DNA of 59,145 bases, the filler included, from Squatina squatina (lineage: Eukaryota): NCBI GenBank assembly GCA_031763465.1. It is 3 parts of 3 records of this genome, joined end to end, with 100 filler letters (N's around TTAATTAATTAA, not from the genome) between each part and the next. Parts side by side here need not be neighbours in the genome. Positions count along the whole stretch, not along the records: positions 26,191 to 41,658 come from JARFOE010000004.1; positions 41,759 to 59,145 come from JARFOE010000121.1; 1 more part is not named here. One strand, written 5' to 3'. This document shows positions 36,761 through 47,888 of this stretch, piece by piece; position 1 is the stretch's first letter; every line of letters begins with the position of its first letter. The position numbers were made by a program, and so were the translations under genes. Below the pieces are notes generated by a model. The model was not told the origin of the DNA. It ran no database searches and worked only from the letters and a program-made list of their open reading frames with translations.

Positions 36761-39619
36761 GTAATGATCTTTGAATAGTAATCATCTTCTGCAATAGGAA
36801 ATGCATTAGTTAATCTAAACTTTTACCTTTCACTCAATTGTCCTATTTTATCAAATTTATAATATATTTTAAAAAAAGCCAAGTACTCAAACCTATTGTA
36901 TCCTTGCCAGCAAAAATGCTTTAATAAAATTAAATAGCAATTGCTTCTGTAACAATGTTCCTTATAAATCTTTCATATTACTTTTAAATTTCACTAGCTT
37001 GCACATTATACTTAAATAGAGTTAATCTGACATTGGTAAGATTTTACAGAATACGCAAGAACAGTTATAAGTAACATTCATAATGTTACGGAGATGGATA
37101 ATGCTTTGTTAGGTAATGGTCATCAAGGGATTATGAGCAAATCGAGTGGATGTTCAGCCATCATCTAATTGAATGGCTCGACTCGCTTAATGGCCTACTC
37201 CTGTTCTCATGTTAACTAACTGCAAATATCAGCACTTCTTAAAATATGGCTGATGAAGAGCCAGTCAATTTTGTTACAGCTTCACTCCATCCACAATATT
37301 ACCTAAAGCATATAAATGATTTGAGCTTGCAAACATCAAATTGATAACGTAATTGCATGGTTAAAGGCATGCTATTTTAGTGGAATAAAATGTTAATTTG
37401 AAGATTGTATAGCATGTGAAAATTATAGTAAATCTAATTTTAGTGAATAATCTGTAAAAGAAAACAAAAATATGTATTGGTGACATTTTATTCACACACT
37501 TCCAACTGAACTAAATTTGGCATGCATAAAATATCTATTTAATTCTAAGCAGCATGCCTAACCTTCTGGCACCGGTGTCACCCAGGTTGGTTAAATGAAT
37601 GTAGTGAGACTTCCCTTTAAAATTAAGATATATAAATAGAGGGTTCTGCACCACTCAGGCCGAACACTATTTGATAATCGGTAGTCAGTAGTAGTAGTAA
37701 TAGACAGCCTGTGACAAGCTGCTTCTCTCTATCTCCATAGAAGCAGTCTCTCTGTTAGTTCATTAGCGTTCACTTTCTTCTATGGGAACCGTTGCATAGT
37801 GGACACAGAGGAGTTGTCCCAAGAGCTCCAGGAGCTATTAGGACAGGGAGTTAGGGTACTGTGCTGGTTTGTGCAGTAGCCAGTTGCAGGCAGAGAAAAG
37901 TGTCACTTAATTTAGTGCCCAAGTTCAGAAAAAGGCAAGAGTGAAGCCAGCTCAGTTATCGTCATTCGTGTTTACGGTGGGTTGAGANNNNNNNNNNNNN
38001 NNNNNNNNNNNNNNNNNNNNNNNNNNNNNNNNNNNNNNNNNNNNNNNNNNNNNNNNNNNNNNNNNNNNNNNNNNNNNNNNNNNNNNNAGTCTTCACTTCC
38101 ACCTTCTCAACTGATGCCCACAGCTGCTGCATTTCACCTCAACAGGTGCAAGTTACCCCGGGTGCACTAACATTGTAGGTCCAGGAAACCCCCATGCACA
38201 GTGCCACTGGCAATCAGGCAGCCTCATGTAAATGAGGCCACCGGTGACTAGCAGGAGAATTGCGGAATGGCTCCAGGATTGCAAGGAATGTCTTCCATGC
38301 AAGTTTCCTCACTGGAGAAATTTCCATTGCTGTTCTAGAACAACTCAAGAGCTGGGAACGGTGAGGAAATTCATTTAATGACAAAATGCTAAAAGCTGGA
38401 TCTTAGCAGAACAAAAAAAAAACTTTGTGAACAGTATGCTTGTATTTAACATGTGTATTTGTAATAGTTCAGATATGCGGCACTGAGTCCAACCAATGTT
38501 TCAGTGCATTGTAACGTCAACAAAGGGGTAGAATCTGACTCTGTGTTCACAACTGTCCATATGATCAACTCCTAGTCACAGCTAAGCTAAGGAAAGAATT
38601 TTCACTCAGTAAGAGCTTTACTCTGCTTACAATACAAGTGCAACAATGTTGTTCTGAAAAGTGGAACCATCAAGAACAAATTTGGAATTATGTTCTGGAC
38701 ATCACTGTAAGGATCCAGCTGCTGGAATTAATATCTTATTGACTACAATGTAAAGGCAATAATAAGAATTGTTCTACCATTATATTGCACATCAAGATTC
38801 ATGACTAACAGTATAATTACAGTTCATAACTCTGTAACTACATTGTTATTAATGAAATAGGTTTCAAAGTGCTTGAATAATTTTAGCCACATTTAGATAC
38901 ATCGTCAATAAAGATACAAATTAATTTGCATTCCTTTATGTAAACTTATGAAAATTATTGCTATTCAGAGAAGTGTGCAAAAATGATGTAGAATTGCTGA
39001 AGATCATCAATATGTTACTGGACTTTGTGGCGAAATCTTTTTTTTAATAAACTACAGCATAATGTTCATCTACAACCGATAAATATCTACCTCCAGAGAC
39101 GACGAACAAGGATTCAGCCTTGGGGTGACTGAAAAACAACTGTAACAGGAAGCAGCATGCGAGTTGTCAGAAGCCTGGATGTAACCCCAGGGGACATAAA
39201 CCTACAGCTCAGAAATGCCCTTAACTCAACAGTGATCAGCTCTAGAGAGATATGAGCACTTAGAAACCACAGCCATCACTTACTAACACACAGAGGTATG
39301 TTCTAAAGTAGAGGGATGAAAATGTAAGAATAAATTTTTACCAAGGTATTTACAAAGCCTGATGACCCATTCTACTCCTGACATATCAGCACTGTCATTT
39401 GTTTCTTTCACACTTAACCAGTCATTTAATGCATTTGAGCAGATGTAAGGCACTATTTTTATCGACAAGTAGACTTCACAATTGGTACAATGACAATTTA
39501 CACACAACTTATTTGTAATGACTGCAGATGTAAATTGACCAATTCACCAACTATCATTAGTAAACAACATTATTGGCTTCCTAGCTAACATAAAAAATGG
39601 GCTAAAATGCAATTGACTA

Positions 39620-40700
39620 ATTTGTAACTGGATTTGTTTTTGAAATCTGTCTCACCAAGAAGTGTGGGGCGATATAAGCTAAGGAGAAGTTCCGGGTTTG
39701 GGGATGCACTGCGCGTGCTCCTAAACCCGGAACTTGCGATCTGTCATAAATCCTCTGACAGAAATGGGCATTCGCAGAAGGAGAGTTGGGCTATTTGCCG
39801 AACTTCTGCCCAGCGATTGCCTGATAAAAGTAGGCATAAGGCCTGCTTTTATCAGCGTAAGACTTTTGAAGGACAGAAAAATACATTTTTTTCAATAATT
39901 TAAACATTTAAAAACCTGTGAAATAAGGTAAGTTTATTTTAAGACCCCTTAAAATATGTACATTTATTTTTCAAAAAATTACATTTTAGTTTTAAATAAT
40001 TAATTCAATTCCATTTTGATTAATTTTAAATATGTGATTAAGAAGAAATATTTTAAGTGTTTGTGTATTTTGGGAGGTATTCCCATTCATACTTATGGTG
40101 ATTCTGTCTGTACGGAACTCACCACAAGTGTGAATGGGAACACCCCTACTTTGATTGGTTGGGCTGGCCCACGTAATCCCAGGGACGCTCGCGAAGTGCC
40201 TACATCCCTGGGATAGGTGGGTTTCTACACAGGCCTATCCATAGAACCCCAGCACTGCAAGTCGCCGAACCTCCTGGACCACCAGGTTCTTTCATAAAAT
40301 TTTTAATGGTTGGAGGTTTTCGCCCGGAGGAAGCCTCCGACCGCAATTTTAGGCGCCACAAACTCTGCCAGTACAAAAGCAATAAGCAACTTATTTACAA
40401 GATGAATGTATCCTTTTAAGTGGCATTGGTGCAATTGAATGCACTGTTCAGGAGAGGCCGTTGAATGGAGCGGCGACGTTAAAAATGGTAGGTTGTGCAT
40501 TAAGTCAACGTTATATGCTGATTGACTTCAAGATCTGCCTACTCAGCATACTGCCAACGCACCTATGTGCCGCCCACGCTATCGCCTTCACAAAGATGGC
40601 GAACAGTGCAGGCTGCGCCAGAAGTGGGCGGAAGTGAAGTGGCGCCATTTTTAAAAAATGACCAAAACTACTCGCACTACGGAGTTGAATTCCAGGGCCA
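39620..40700. mobile_element. GC-rich non-autonomous element(s) in an AK9 intron
   Basis: CpG-rich arms around an AT-rich core, contrasting with the intron; no TIR or TSD resolved. Confidence 0.35.
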
Positions 40701-41046
40701 TCTTTAATCTTTATCTTTAATCTTTAAAAAATAACTTCACAAACATGGTATTACACAAAGTTCATTAAAACCAATGTATCTGATCGTGTCAGTTTTATCC
40801 CTCTATTGCACAAGTTTGGTGGAGATAAAATAAACTGATTAACAGAATAGTTGAACAAATTTTAAAGTGTTAGAATTATTCTGCTTAATGGTCAAACCTC
40901 AAATTATACCGAAGTTGAAGCATAGTTAGTCTATGATCAGTTCTACATGTCTCTCTATATCACTCAGTTCTCTGATATCTGTATCTACACACAAATAAAT
41001 AATCTGACTCATTTGTTTGAAATGCTCCTTTGCTTGATATTAACAG

Positions 41047-41265
41047 GATCAACTCATAGAATTTTTGATACCGTGCATTGTGATAAATGGAAAACACAAA
41101 CCTCACATTGTCCATTACAAATTGTATCAGAACGTGGAACCACTAGTGAAAAATCGTGATAGCCTATTTGAAAAATGTTTCCCAGTGAATTTAAAACTTG
41201 TTCGCAAGTTAGTGAGGAATTCCTACAAACGGTTAAGTAGTTTTGGCTTCTGGGATGTTGTTGAG
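41047..41265 (+). CDS. AK9: AK9 exon (DQLIEFLIPCIVINGKHKPHIVHYKL…NRDSLFEKCFPV…YKRLSSFGFWDVVE)
   Basis: Human YLIPIISINGARRNHIVQY…NRASIFEKCHPI…YKYISSFGYWDPVK; 219 bp, phase 0-0. Confidence 0.92.
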
Positions 41266-41658
41266 GTAAGTGGAACAATACTATTAATTTTTATATGCAC
41301 TATGTATGTTTTTTTATATATATATATACATACACACACACATATATAAATAAAACAAAATCTTAAAAGAAAAACATACCAAATACCTTTTCATTCGCAA
41401 TAATTAAAGATTGAGTCATATCTTTAGACTTATTGATGGAATGCTTGTATTGGAATAAAAATTCATTTTAAGCTACGTTTTTACTCTCTTAAAAGCTGTA
41501 CTAGATATTAAATTAAGATTTTTAAGATCATCTTGTGAATGAGCTAGCTGTTCTTTATAACTATCACAGTTACATTTTAAAAATTGTGTTCACTGCAACA
41601 TTTCACATGTGTGGGACATATCAATTTTGCCTATTACATTGCTTGATTATTAGAATGT

Positions 41659-41758
41659 NNNNNNNNNNNNNNNNNNNNNNNNNNNNNNNNNNNNNNNNNN
41701 NNTTAATTAATTAANNNNNNNNNNNNNNNNNNNNNNNNNNNNNNNNNNNNNNNNNNNN
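41659..41758. other. Artificial scaffold linker (N44-TTAATTAATTAA-N44)
   Basis: Identical construct to 26091-26190. Confidence 0.95.
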
Positions 41759-41759
41759 A

Positions 41760-41880
41760 CAATCTATTTTGGTGGTGTTGGTTGAGGGATAACTATCGGC
41801 CAGGACACCGGAGAGAACTCCCCTGCTCTTCTCCGAATAGTGCCATGGGATTGTTTACGTCCAGTTGCGAGAGCAGACGG
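41760..41880 (-). mobile_element. DeuSINE/SacSINE1-like core
   Basis: gttgagggataactatcggccaggacaccggagagaactcccctgctcttctccgaatagtgccatgggat. Confidence 0.75.
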
Positions 41881-41999
41881 TGTGTGTGTGCGTATGCGTG
41901 TGTTGTGGGGGATTGGCAATTAGGACCAGATTAGACTCAGCTATGTGGTTCCCTCCATGAAAAAATCCTACGCCACCACTCTCATGCGCACAAGCGCTC

Positions 42000-42200
42000 T
42001 CTCAAACACACACACGCGCACACCCTCACGCTCCTTCACGTAGGCGGGCGGGCACGTGCTCCCTCACACACACACACTCGCGCACACACCCACACACTCC
42101 CATTCTCGCGCCGCACAAACACACACGCAATTATGCCCTCACACACACACCCACATGTGCCCTCACACACACACACCCACATTCACATGCACTCACTCTG
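42000..42200. repeat. CA-rich low-complexity intronic tract
   Basis: Direct reading; accounts for the CVCVRAHV tail of ORF 42131-42883. Confidence 0.85.
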
Positions 42201-42225
42201 ATGTGGAGCAGACATAAGGCCATAC

Positions 42226-43016
42226 CTTGTTTGAGGTAGAGATCTCGTATTGCTGCCTGGTAAATCTTCATCTCGCCGGCCATCATGTCTCTGATCTCCT
42301 TGCGTTGACTGACTTGTCGACAGTTGCACTCAATCACCCCGGTATAGCTGCACAGACAGATCTCACAGCCGTACTCAAAAGACTCTCCAAAGCGGTATGA
42401 GCGACCATGAAAGGTGCAGCCACAGCTCTGGCCACAGGGGACGTCCTCACACCTTCGGCCTGGTCTGAAGCTGACCACTTCTCTCCTCAGGTCAGCTCGA
42501 TTGATGGCCTGGCAGTGAGAAGATGGCAGATATTCACAGTGATACACATAGGCTGCGCAGAAGCCAAGATAGTTGAAGCCCTCACGGTTGATCCCAACAC
42601 AGTCAAACTGGGCTCGGTTGTAACCCTCCGCATTGAATCCAGCCGCATCAAACTCCCCTCGGAAATCGTGCTCCCCTTTTTTGTTGTGTCCCGTGAGGTT
42701 AAACCCAGTTACCTTGTGGAACCCATCCCGGTCGTACCCCTGTTTGTCGAACCCATACTTGTCAAACTCTCGCCCGTCACTCAGGCCACTGAAGACCTGC
42801 CCATTTGGCCCAAACAGCGCAGGCCCAGAACGCACGGGGTTAAACGCCACCACCTGCCTTCCAGTCCGGTCCAGGCTGGACATGTTGTATCCGTAGCGAT
42901 CATAGCCTTCGTGGTCATAGCCAATCAGAACGTTGGTCAGCTTTGGCTGGCGGAAGCAGCAAGCTCCGACCTCACATCGCCTCTTACATTCCTCGTGCGT
43001 TTCAAAGTTGTTGCTG
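42226..43016 (-). CDS. Large exon (5' end in gap) of an uncharacterised modular protein: Kunitz C-terminus, GACC Cys module with G[YF][DN]xx repeats, VWC, start of a tyrosinase-like domain
   Basis: Open frame of at least 263 codons: SNNFETHEECKRRC (Kunitz end), GACC, GYDHEGYDRYGYN…, CTFHGRSYRFGESFEYGCEICLCSYTGVIEC (VWC), RKEIRDMMAGEMKIYQAAIRDL; CAAG|GTATGG donor. Confidence 0.85.
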
Positions 43017-43116
43017 NNNNNNNNNNNNNNNNNNNNNNNNNNNNNNNNNNNNNNNNNNNNNNNNNNNNNNNNNNNNNNNNNNNNNNNNNNNNNNNNNNNN
43101 NNNNNNNNNNNNNNNN

Positions 43117-45920
43117 AGAGTCAGTACCTGATCCAGTGAGAGTCAGTACCTGCCCCCAGTGAGAGTCAGTACCTGCCCCAGTGAGAGTCAGTACCTGATC
43201 CAGTGAGAGTCAGTACCTGCCCCAGTGAAAGTCAGTTCCTGATCCAGTGAGAGTCAGTCCCTGATCCAGTGAGAGTCCGTACCAGCCCCAGTGAGAGTCA
43301 GTCCCTGATCCAGTGAGTCAGTACCTGATCCAGAGAGTGTCAGTACCTGCCCCAGTGAGAGTCCGTCCCTGATCCAGTGAGAGTCAGTACCTGATCCAGT
43401 GAGAGTCAGTACCCACCCCCAGTGAGAGTCAGTACCTGGCCCCAGTGAGAGTCAGTACCTGCCCCATTGAGAGTCAGGACCTGCCCCCAGTGAGAGTTAG
43501 TACCTGGCCCCAGTGAGAGTCAGTACCTGATCCAGTGAGAGTCAGTACCTGCCCCCAGTGAGAGTCAGTACCTGCCCCAGTGAGAGTCAGTATCTGATCC
43601 AGTGAGAGTCAGTACCTGCCCCAGTGAAAGTCAGTCCCTGCCCCAGTGAAAGTCAGTACCTGATCCAGTGAGAGTCAGTACCTGCCCGCAGTGAAAGTCA
43701 GTACATGATCCAGTGAGAGTCAGTACATGATCCAGTGAGAGTCAGTCCCTGATCCAGTGAGAGTCAGTACCCGCCCCAGTGAGAGTCAGTAACTGATCCA
43801 GTGAGAGTCAGTACCTGCCCCAGTGAGAGTCCGTCCCATATCCAGTGAAAGTCAGTACCTGATCCAGTGAGAGTCAGTACCTGATCCAGTGAGAGTCAGT
43901 ACCGGCCCCCAGTGAGAGTCAGTACATGATCCAGTGAGAGTCAGTACCTGCCCCCAGTGAGAGTCAGTATCTGCCCCCAGTGAGAGTCAGTATCTGCCCC
44001 CAGTGATAGTCAGTACCTGCCCCCAGTGAGAGTCAGTATCTGCCCCCAGTGATAGTCAGTACCTGCCCCCAGTGAGAGTCAGTATCTTCCCCCAGTGAGA
44101 GTCAGTATCTGCCCCCAGTGATAGTCAGTACCTGAACCAGTGAGAGTCAGTGCCTGCCCCCAGTGAGTGTCAGTACCTGATCCAGTGAGAGTCAGTACCC
44201 GCTCCCAGTGAGAGTCAGTACCTGATCCAGTGAGAGTCAGCACCCGCCCCCAGTGAGAGTCAGTACCTGGTCCAGTGAGAGTCAGCACCCGCCCCCAGTG
44301 AGAGTCAGTACCTGCCCCCAGTGAGAGTCAGTACCCGCCCCCAGTGAGAGTCAGAACCTGTCCCCAGTGAGAGTCAGTACCCGCCCCAGTGAGAGTCAGT
44401 ACCGGATCCAGTGAGAGTCAGTACCTGCCCCCAGTGAGAGTCAGTCCCTGATCCAGTGAGAGTCAGTACCTGATTCAGTGAGAGTCAGTACCTGCACCCA
44501 GTGAGAGTCAGTCCCTGATCCAGTGAGAGTCAGTCCCTGCCCCCAGTGAGAGTCACGCCCTGATCCAGTGAGAGTCAGTCCCTGATCCAGTGAGAGTCAG
44601 TACCTGGCCCCAGTGAGAGTCAGTACCTGCCCCATTCAGAGTCAGTCCCTGATCCAGTGAGAGTCAGTACCTGATCCAGTGAGAGTCAGTACCTGCCCCA
44701 GTGAGAGTCACGCCCTGATCCAGTGAGAATCAGTACCTGCCCCATTGAGAGTCAGTACCTGATCCAGTGAGAGTCAGTACTGATCCAGTGAGAGTCAGTC
44801 CCTGCCCCCAGTGAGAGTCAGTCCCTGATCCAGTGAGAGTCAGTACCCGCCCCAGTGAGAGTCAGTCCCTGATCCAGTGAGAGTCGGTACCTGCCCCAGT
44901 GAGAGTCGGTACCTGCCCCAGTGAGAGTCAGTCCCTGATCCAGTGAGGGTCAGTACCCGCCCCCAGTGAGAGTCAGTACCTGCCCCCAGTGAGAGTCATT
45001 CCTTGATCCAGTGAGAGTCAGTCCGTGATCCAGTGAGAGTCATTACCCGCCCCAGTGAGTCAGTCCCTGATCCAGTGAGAGTCAGTACCTGATCCAGTGA
45101 GAGTCAGGACCTGCCCCAGTGAGAGTCAGGACCTGCCCCAGTGAGAGTCAGTACCTGATCCAGTGAGAGTCAGTACCTGATCCAGTGAGAGTCAGTACCC
45201 GCCCCCAGTGAGAGTCAGTACCCGCCCCCAGTGAGAGTCAGTACCCCCTCCCAGTGAGAGTCAGTACCCGCCCCCAATGACAGTCAGTACCTGCCCCCAG
45301 TGAGTGTCAGTACCTGATCCAGTGAGTGTCAGTACCTGCCCCCAGTGAGAGTCAGTACCTGATCCAGTGAGAGTCAGTACCTGATCCAGTGAGAGTCAGT
45401 ACCTGCCCCCAGTGAGAGACAGTACCTGCCCCAGTGAGAGTCAGTACCTGATCCAGTGAGAGTCAGTACCTGCCCACAGTGAAAGTCAGTCCCTGCCCCA
45501 GTGAGAGTCAATACCTGATCCAGTGAGAGTCAGTACCTGCCCCCAGTGAGAGTCAGTACCTGCCCCAGTGAGAGTCAGTCCCTGATCCAGTGAGAGTCAG
45601 TACCTGCCCGCAGTGAGAGTCAGTACATGATCCAGTGAGAGTCAGTACCCGCCCCCAGTGAGAGTCAGTACCCGACCAAGTGATAGTCAGTACCCGCCAC
45701 CAGTGAGAGTCAGTACCTGATCCAGTGAGAGTCAGTTCCCGCCCCCAGTGAGAGTCAGTCCCTGATCCAGTGAGAGTCAGTACCTGATCCAGTGAGAGTC
45801 AATACCTGCCCCAGTGAGAGTCAGTCCCTGATCCACTGAGAACCAGTCCCTGATCCAGTGAGGGTCAGTACCCGCCCCCAGTGAGAGTCAGTACCTGCCC
45901 CCAGTGAGAGTCATTCCTTG
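43117..45920. repeat. 22-23-bp minisatellite CCAGTGAGAGTCAGTACCTG(AT/CC/CCC), at least 2.8 kb
   Basis: More than 100 tandem units, bounded by gaps on both sides. Confidence 0.97.
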
Positions 45921-46252
45921 NNNNNNNNNNNNNNNNNNNNNNNNNNNNNNNNNNNNNNNNNNNNNNNNNNNNNNNNNNNNNNNNNNNNNNNNNNNNNNNN
46001 NNNNNNNNNNNNNNNNNNNNACCACTGGGGTTTCCCTCACTTCATGTTTGGGTCTGTTGTGGACTAATTGTTAGAGATTGATTGCTATGATTAGTCAACA
46101 ACTCCATTATCATCATATCGTGACTCTACCAGGATGGAGAAAGGTAAACTAGATGGACCTTTTATTGTCTCGTAATTCCGATGCTTCTAAGACACGGTCA
46201 GGCTAGTAACCTGTCGCAGAAAGCCTTTGAAGGGGGTTTGTGCTGCCATTAC

Positions 46253-46643
46253 CGTGAACTTGCTGTCTCGGTTTCCTTCAGTGCTGGAGAAATGAATCTC
46301 CAAGTCAATGGGGAGAATCAGACTGATGGCATCGTCGCCCATGTTTTTCTCAAATACGATGTCTTCCTCGCAATCAATGAGAAGCGTTATCTTCTGCGCC
46401 TCCAGGTTGAAGGCCACCCTGCCCCATCGCCCGCTGCCAAATGGAGTTCCGCCAGGGAAGACAATGGACGCTGGCTCCATGTTGTGCACAGTCCGATAAT
46501 CCAGCCGGAGCTGGTTGCTTCTGGTGCTGGACACAAGCTGGAGAAGTGGCCGCCCATCCTTCTTGGTGGTGGTTGGGGAGGTGAAGGAGATCACTGTCCC
46601 TTCCGAGTTCCTGCTCTGCTTCGCCACAAAGTGGAAACCGATG
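46253..46643 (-). CDS. LamG/thrombospondin-N (TSPN) domain exon, 5' end in gap; probably the same gene as 42226-43016
   Basis: IGFHFVAKQSRNSEGTVISF…NQLRLDYR…PFGSGRWGRVAFNLEAQKITLLIDCEE…SKFT fits the TSPN pattern (GxW[H]RVAxxxxxxxxTLxxDC); ACG|GTAATG donor. Confidence 0.8.
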
Positions 46644-46743
46644 NNNNNNNNNNNNNNNNNNNNNNNNNNNNNNNNNNNNNNNNNNNNNNNNNNNNNNNNN
46701 NNNNNNNNNNNNNNNNNNNNNNNNNNNNNNNNNNNNNNNNNNN

Positions 46744-47788
46744 TGTGTTAATCTCTCTCTAACACTCACTCCCTGTGTTCATCTCTCTCTAAACCTCAGT
46801 CCCTGTATTAATCTCTCTCTAACCCTCACTCCCTGTGTTAATCACTCTCTAACCCTCACTCCCTGTGTTAATCTCTCTCTAACCCTCATTCCCTGTGCTA
46901 ATCTCTCTCTAACAATCACTCCATGTTAATCTCTCGCTAACCCTCACTCCGTGTGTTAATCGCTCTGAAAAATCATTCCTTGTGTTAATCTCTCTCTAAA
47001 TCTTAATCCCTGTGTAAATCTCTCTCTAACCCTCACTCCCTGTGTTAAACTCACTCTCTCCCTTACTCCTTGTACTAATCTCTCTCTAACCCTCACTCCT
47101 GGTGTTAATCTCTCTCCAACAATCACTCCCTGTTTAAATCTCTCTCTAACCATCACTCCCTGTGTTAATCGCTCTCGAACACTCACTCCCTGTGTTAATC
47201 TCTCTCTCTAACCCACACTCCCTGTGTGAATCTCTCTCTGACCCTCACTCCCTGTGTTAATCGCTCTCTAACCCTCACTCCCTGTGTTAATCTCTCTCTA
47301 ACCCTCCCTCCCTGTGTGAATCTCTCCCTAACACTCACTCCCTGTGTTAATCGCTCTCTTTCCTCACTCCCTGTGTTAATCGCTCTCTAATCTTCACTCC
47401 ATGTGTTAATCTCTGTCTAAAATTCAGTCCCTGAGCTAATCTCTCTCTGACACTCACTCCCTGTGTTAAACTCTCTCTCTCCCTTACTCCCTGTACTAAT
47501 CGCTCTCTAATCCTCACTCACTGTGTTAATCTCTCTCTAACCCTCACTCCCTGTGTTAATCTCTCTCTAACACTCACTCCCTGTGTTAATCTCTCTCTAA
47601 CACTCACTCCCTGTATTAATCACCCTCGAACCTTCAGTCAACGGGATATTCTCTCTCTGAAACTCACTCCATGTGTTAATCTCTCTCTAAAATTCAGTCC
47701 CTGTGTTAATCTCTCTCTGACACTCACTCCCTGTGTTAATCTCTCTCTAACTCTCAACCCTGTGTTAAACTCTCGCCCTCACTCCCTG
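46744..47788. repeat. ~30-bp minisatellite CTGTGTTAATCTCTCTCTAACCCTCACTCC
   Basis: About 35 tandem units. Confidence 0.97.
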
Positions 47789-47888
47789 NNNNNNNNNNNN
47801 NNNNNNNNNNNNNNNNNNNNNNNNNNNNNNNNNNNNNNNNNNNNNNNNNNNNNNNNNNNNNNNNNNNNNNNNNNNNNNNNNNNNNNNN

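Noticed and set aside
40408-40417. Second GTATCCTTTT U12-like donor in an AK9 intron
   Set aside because: No AK9-like exon or acceptor upstream; likely a chance match beside a repeat
26090-41760. Functional clustering of NSD3, FIG4/AK9 and the scaffold-3 genes
   Set aside because: Separated by artificial linkers, so adjacency carries no information
42407-43162. 251-aa plus-strand ORF, and 46181-46762 plus-strand ORF
   Set aside because: Antisense shadows of the real minus-strand exons, with no recognisable motifs
43117-45920. CRISPR array
   Set aside because: Contiguous tandem units with no unique spacers, no cas genes, and a vertebrate intronic context
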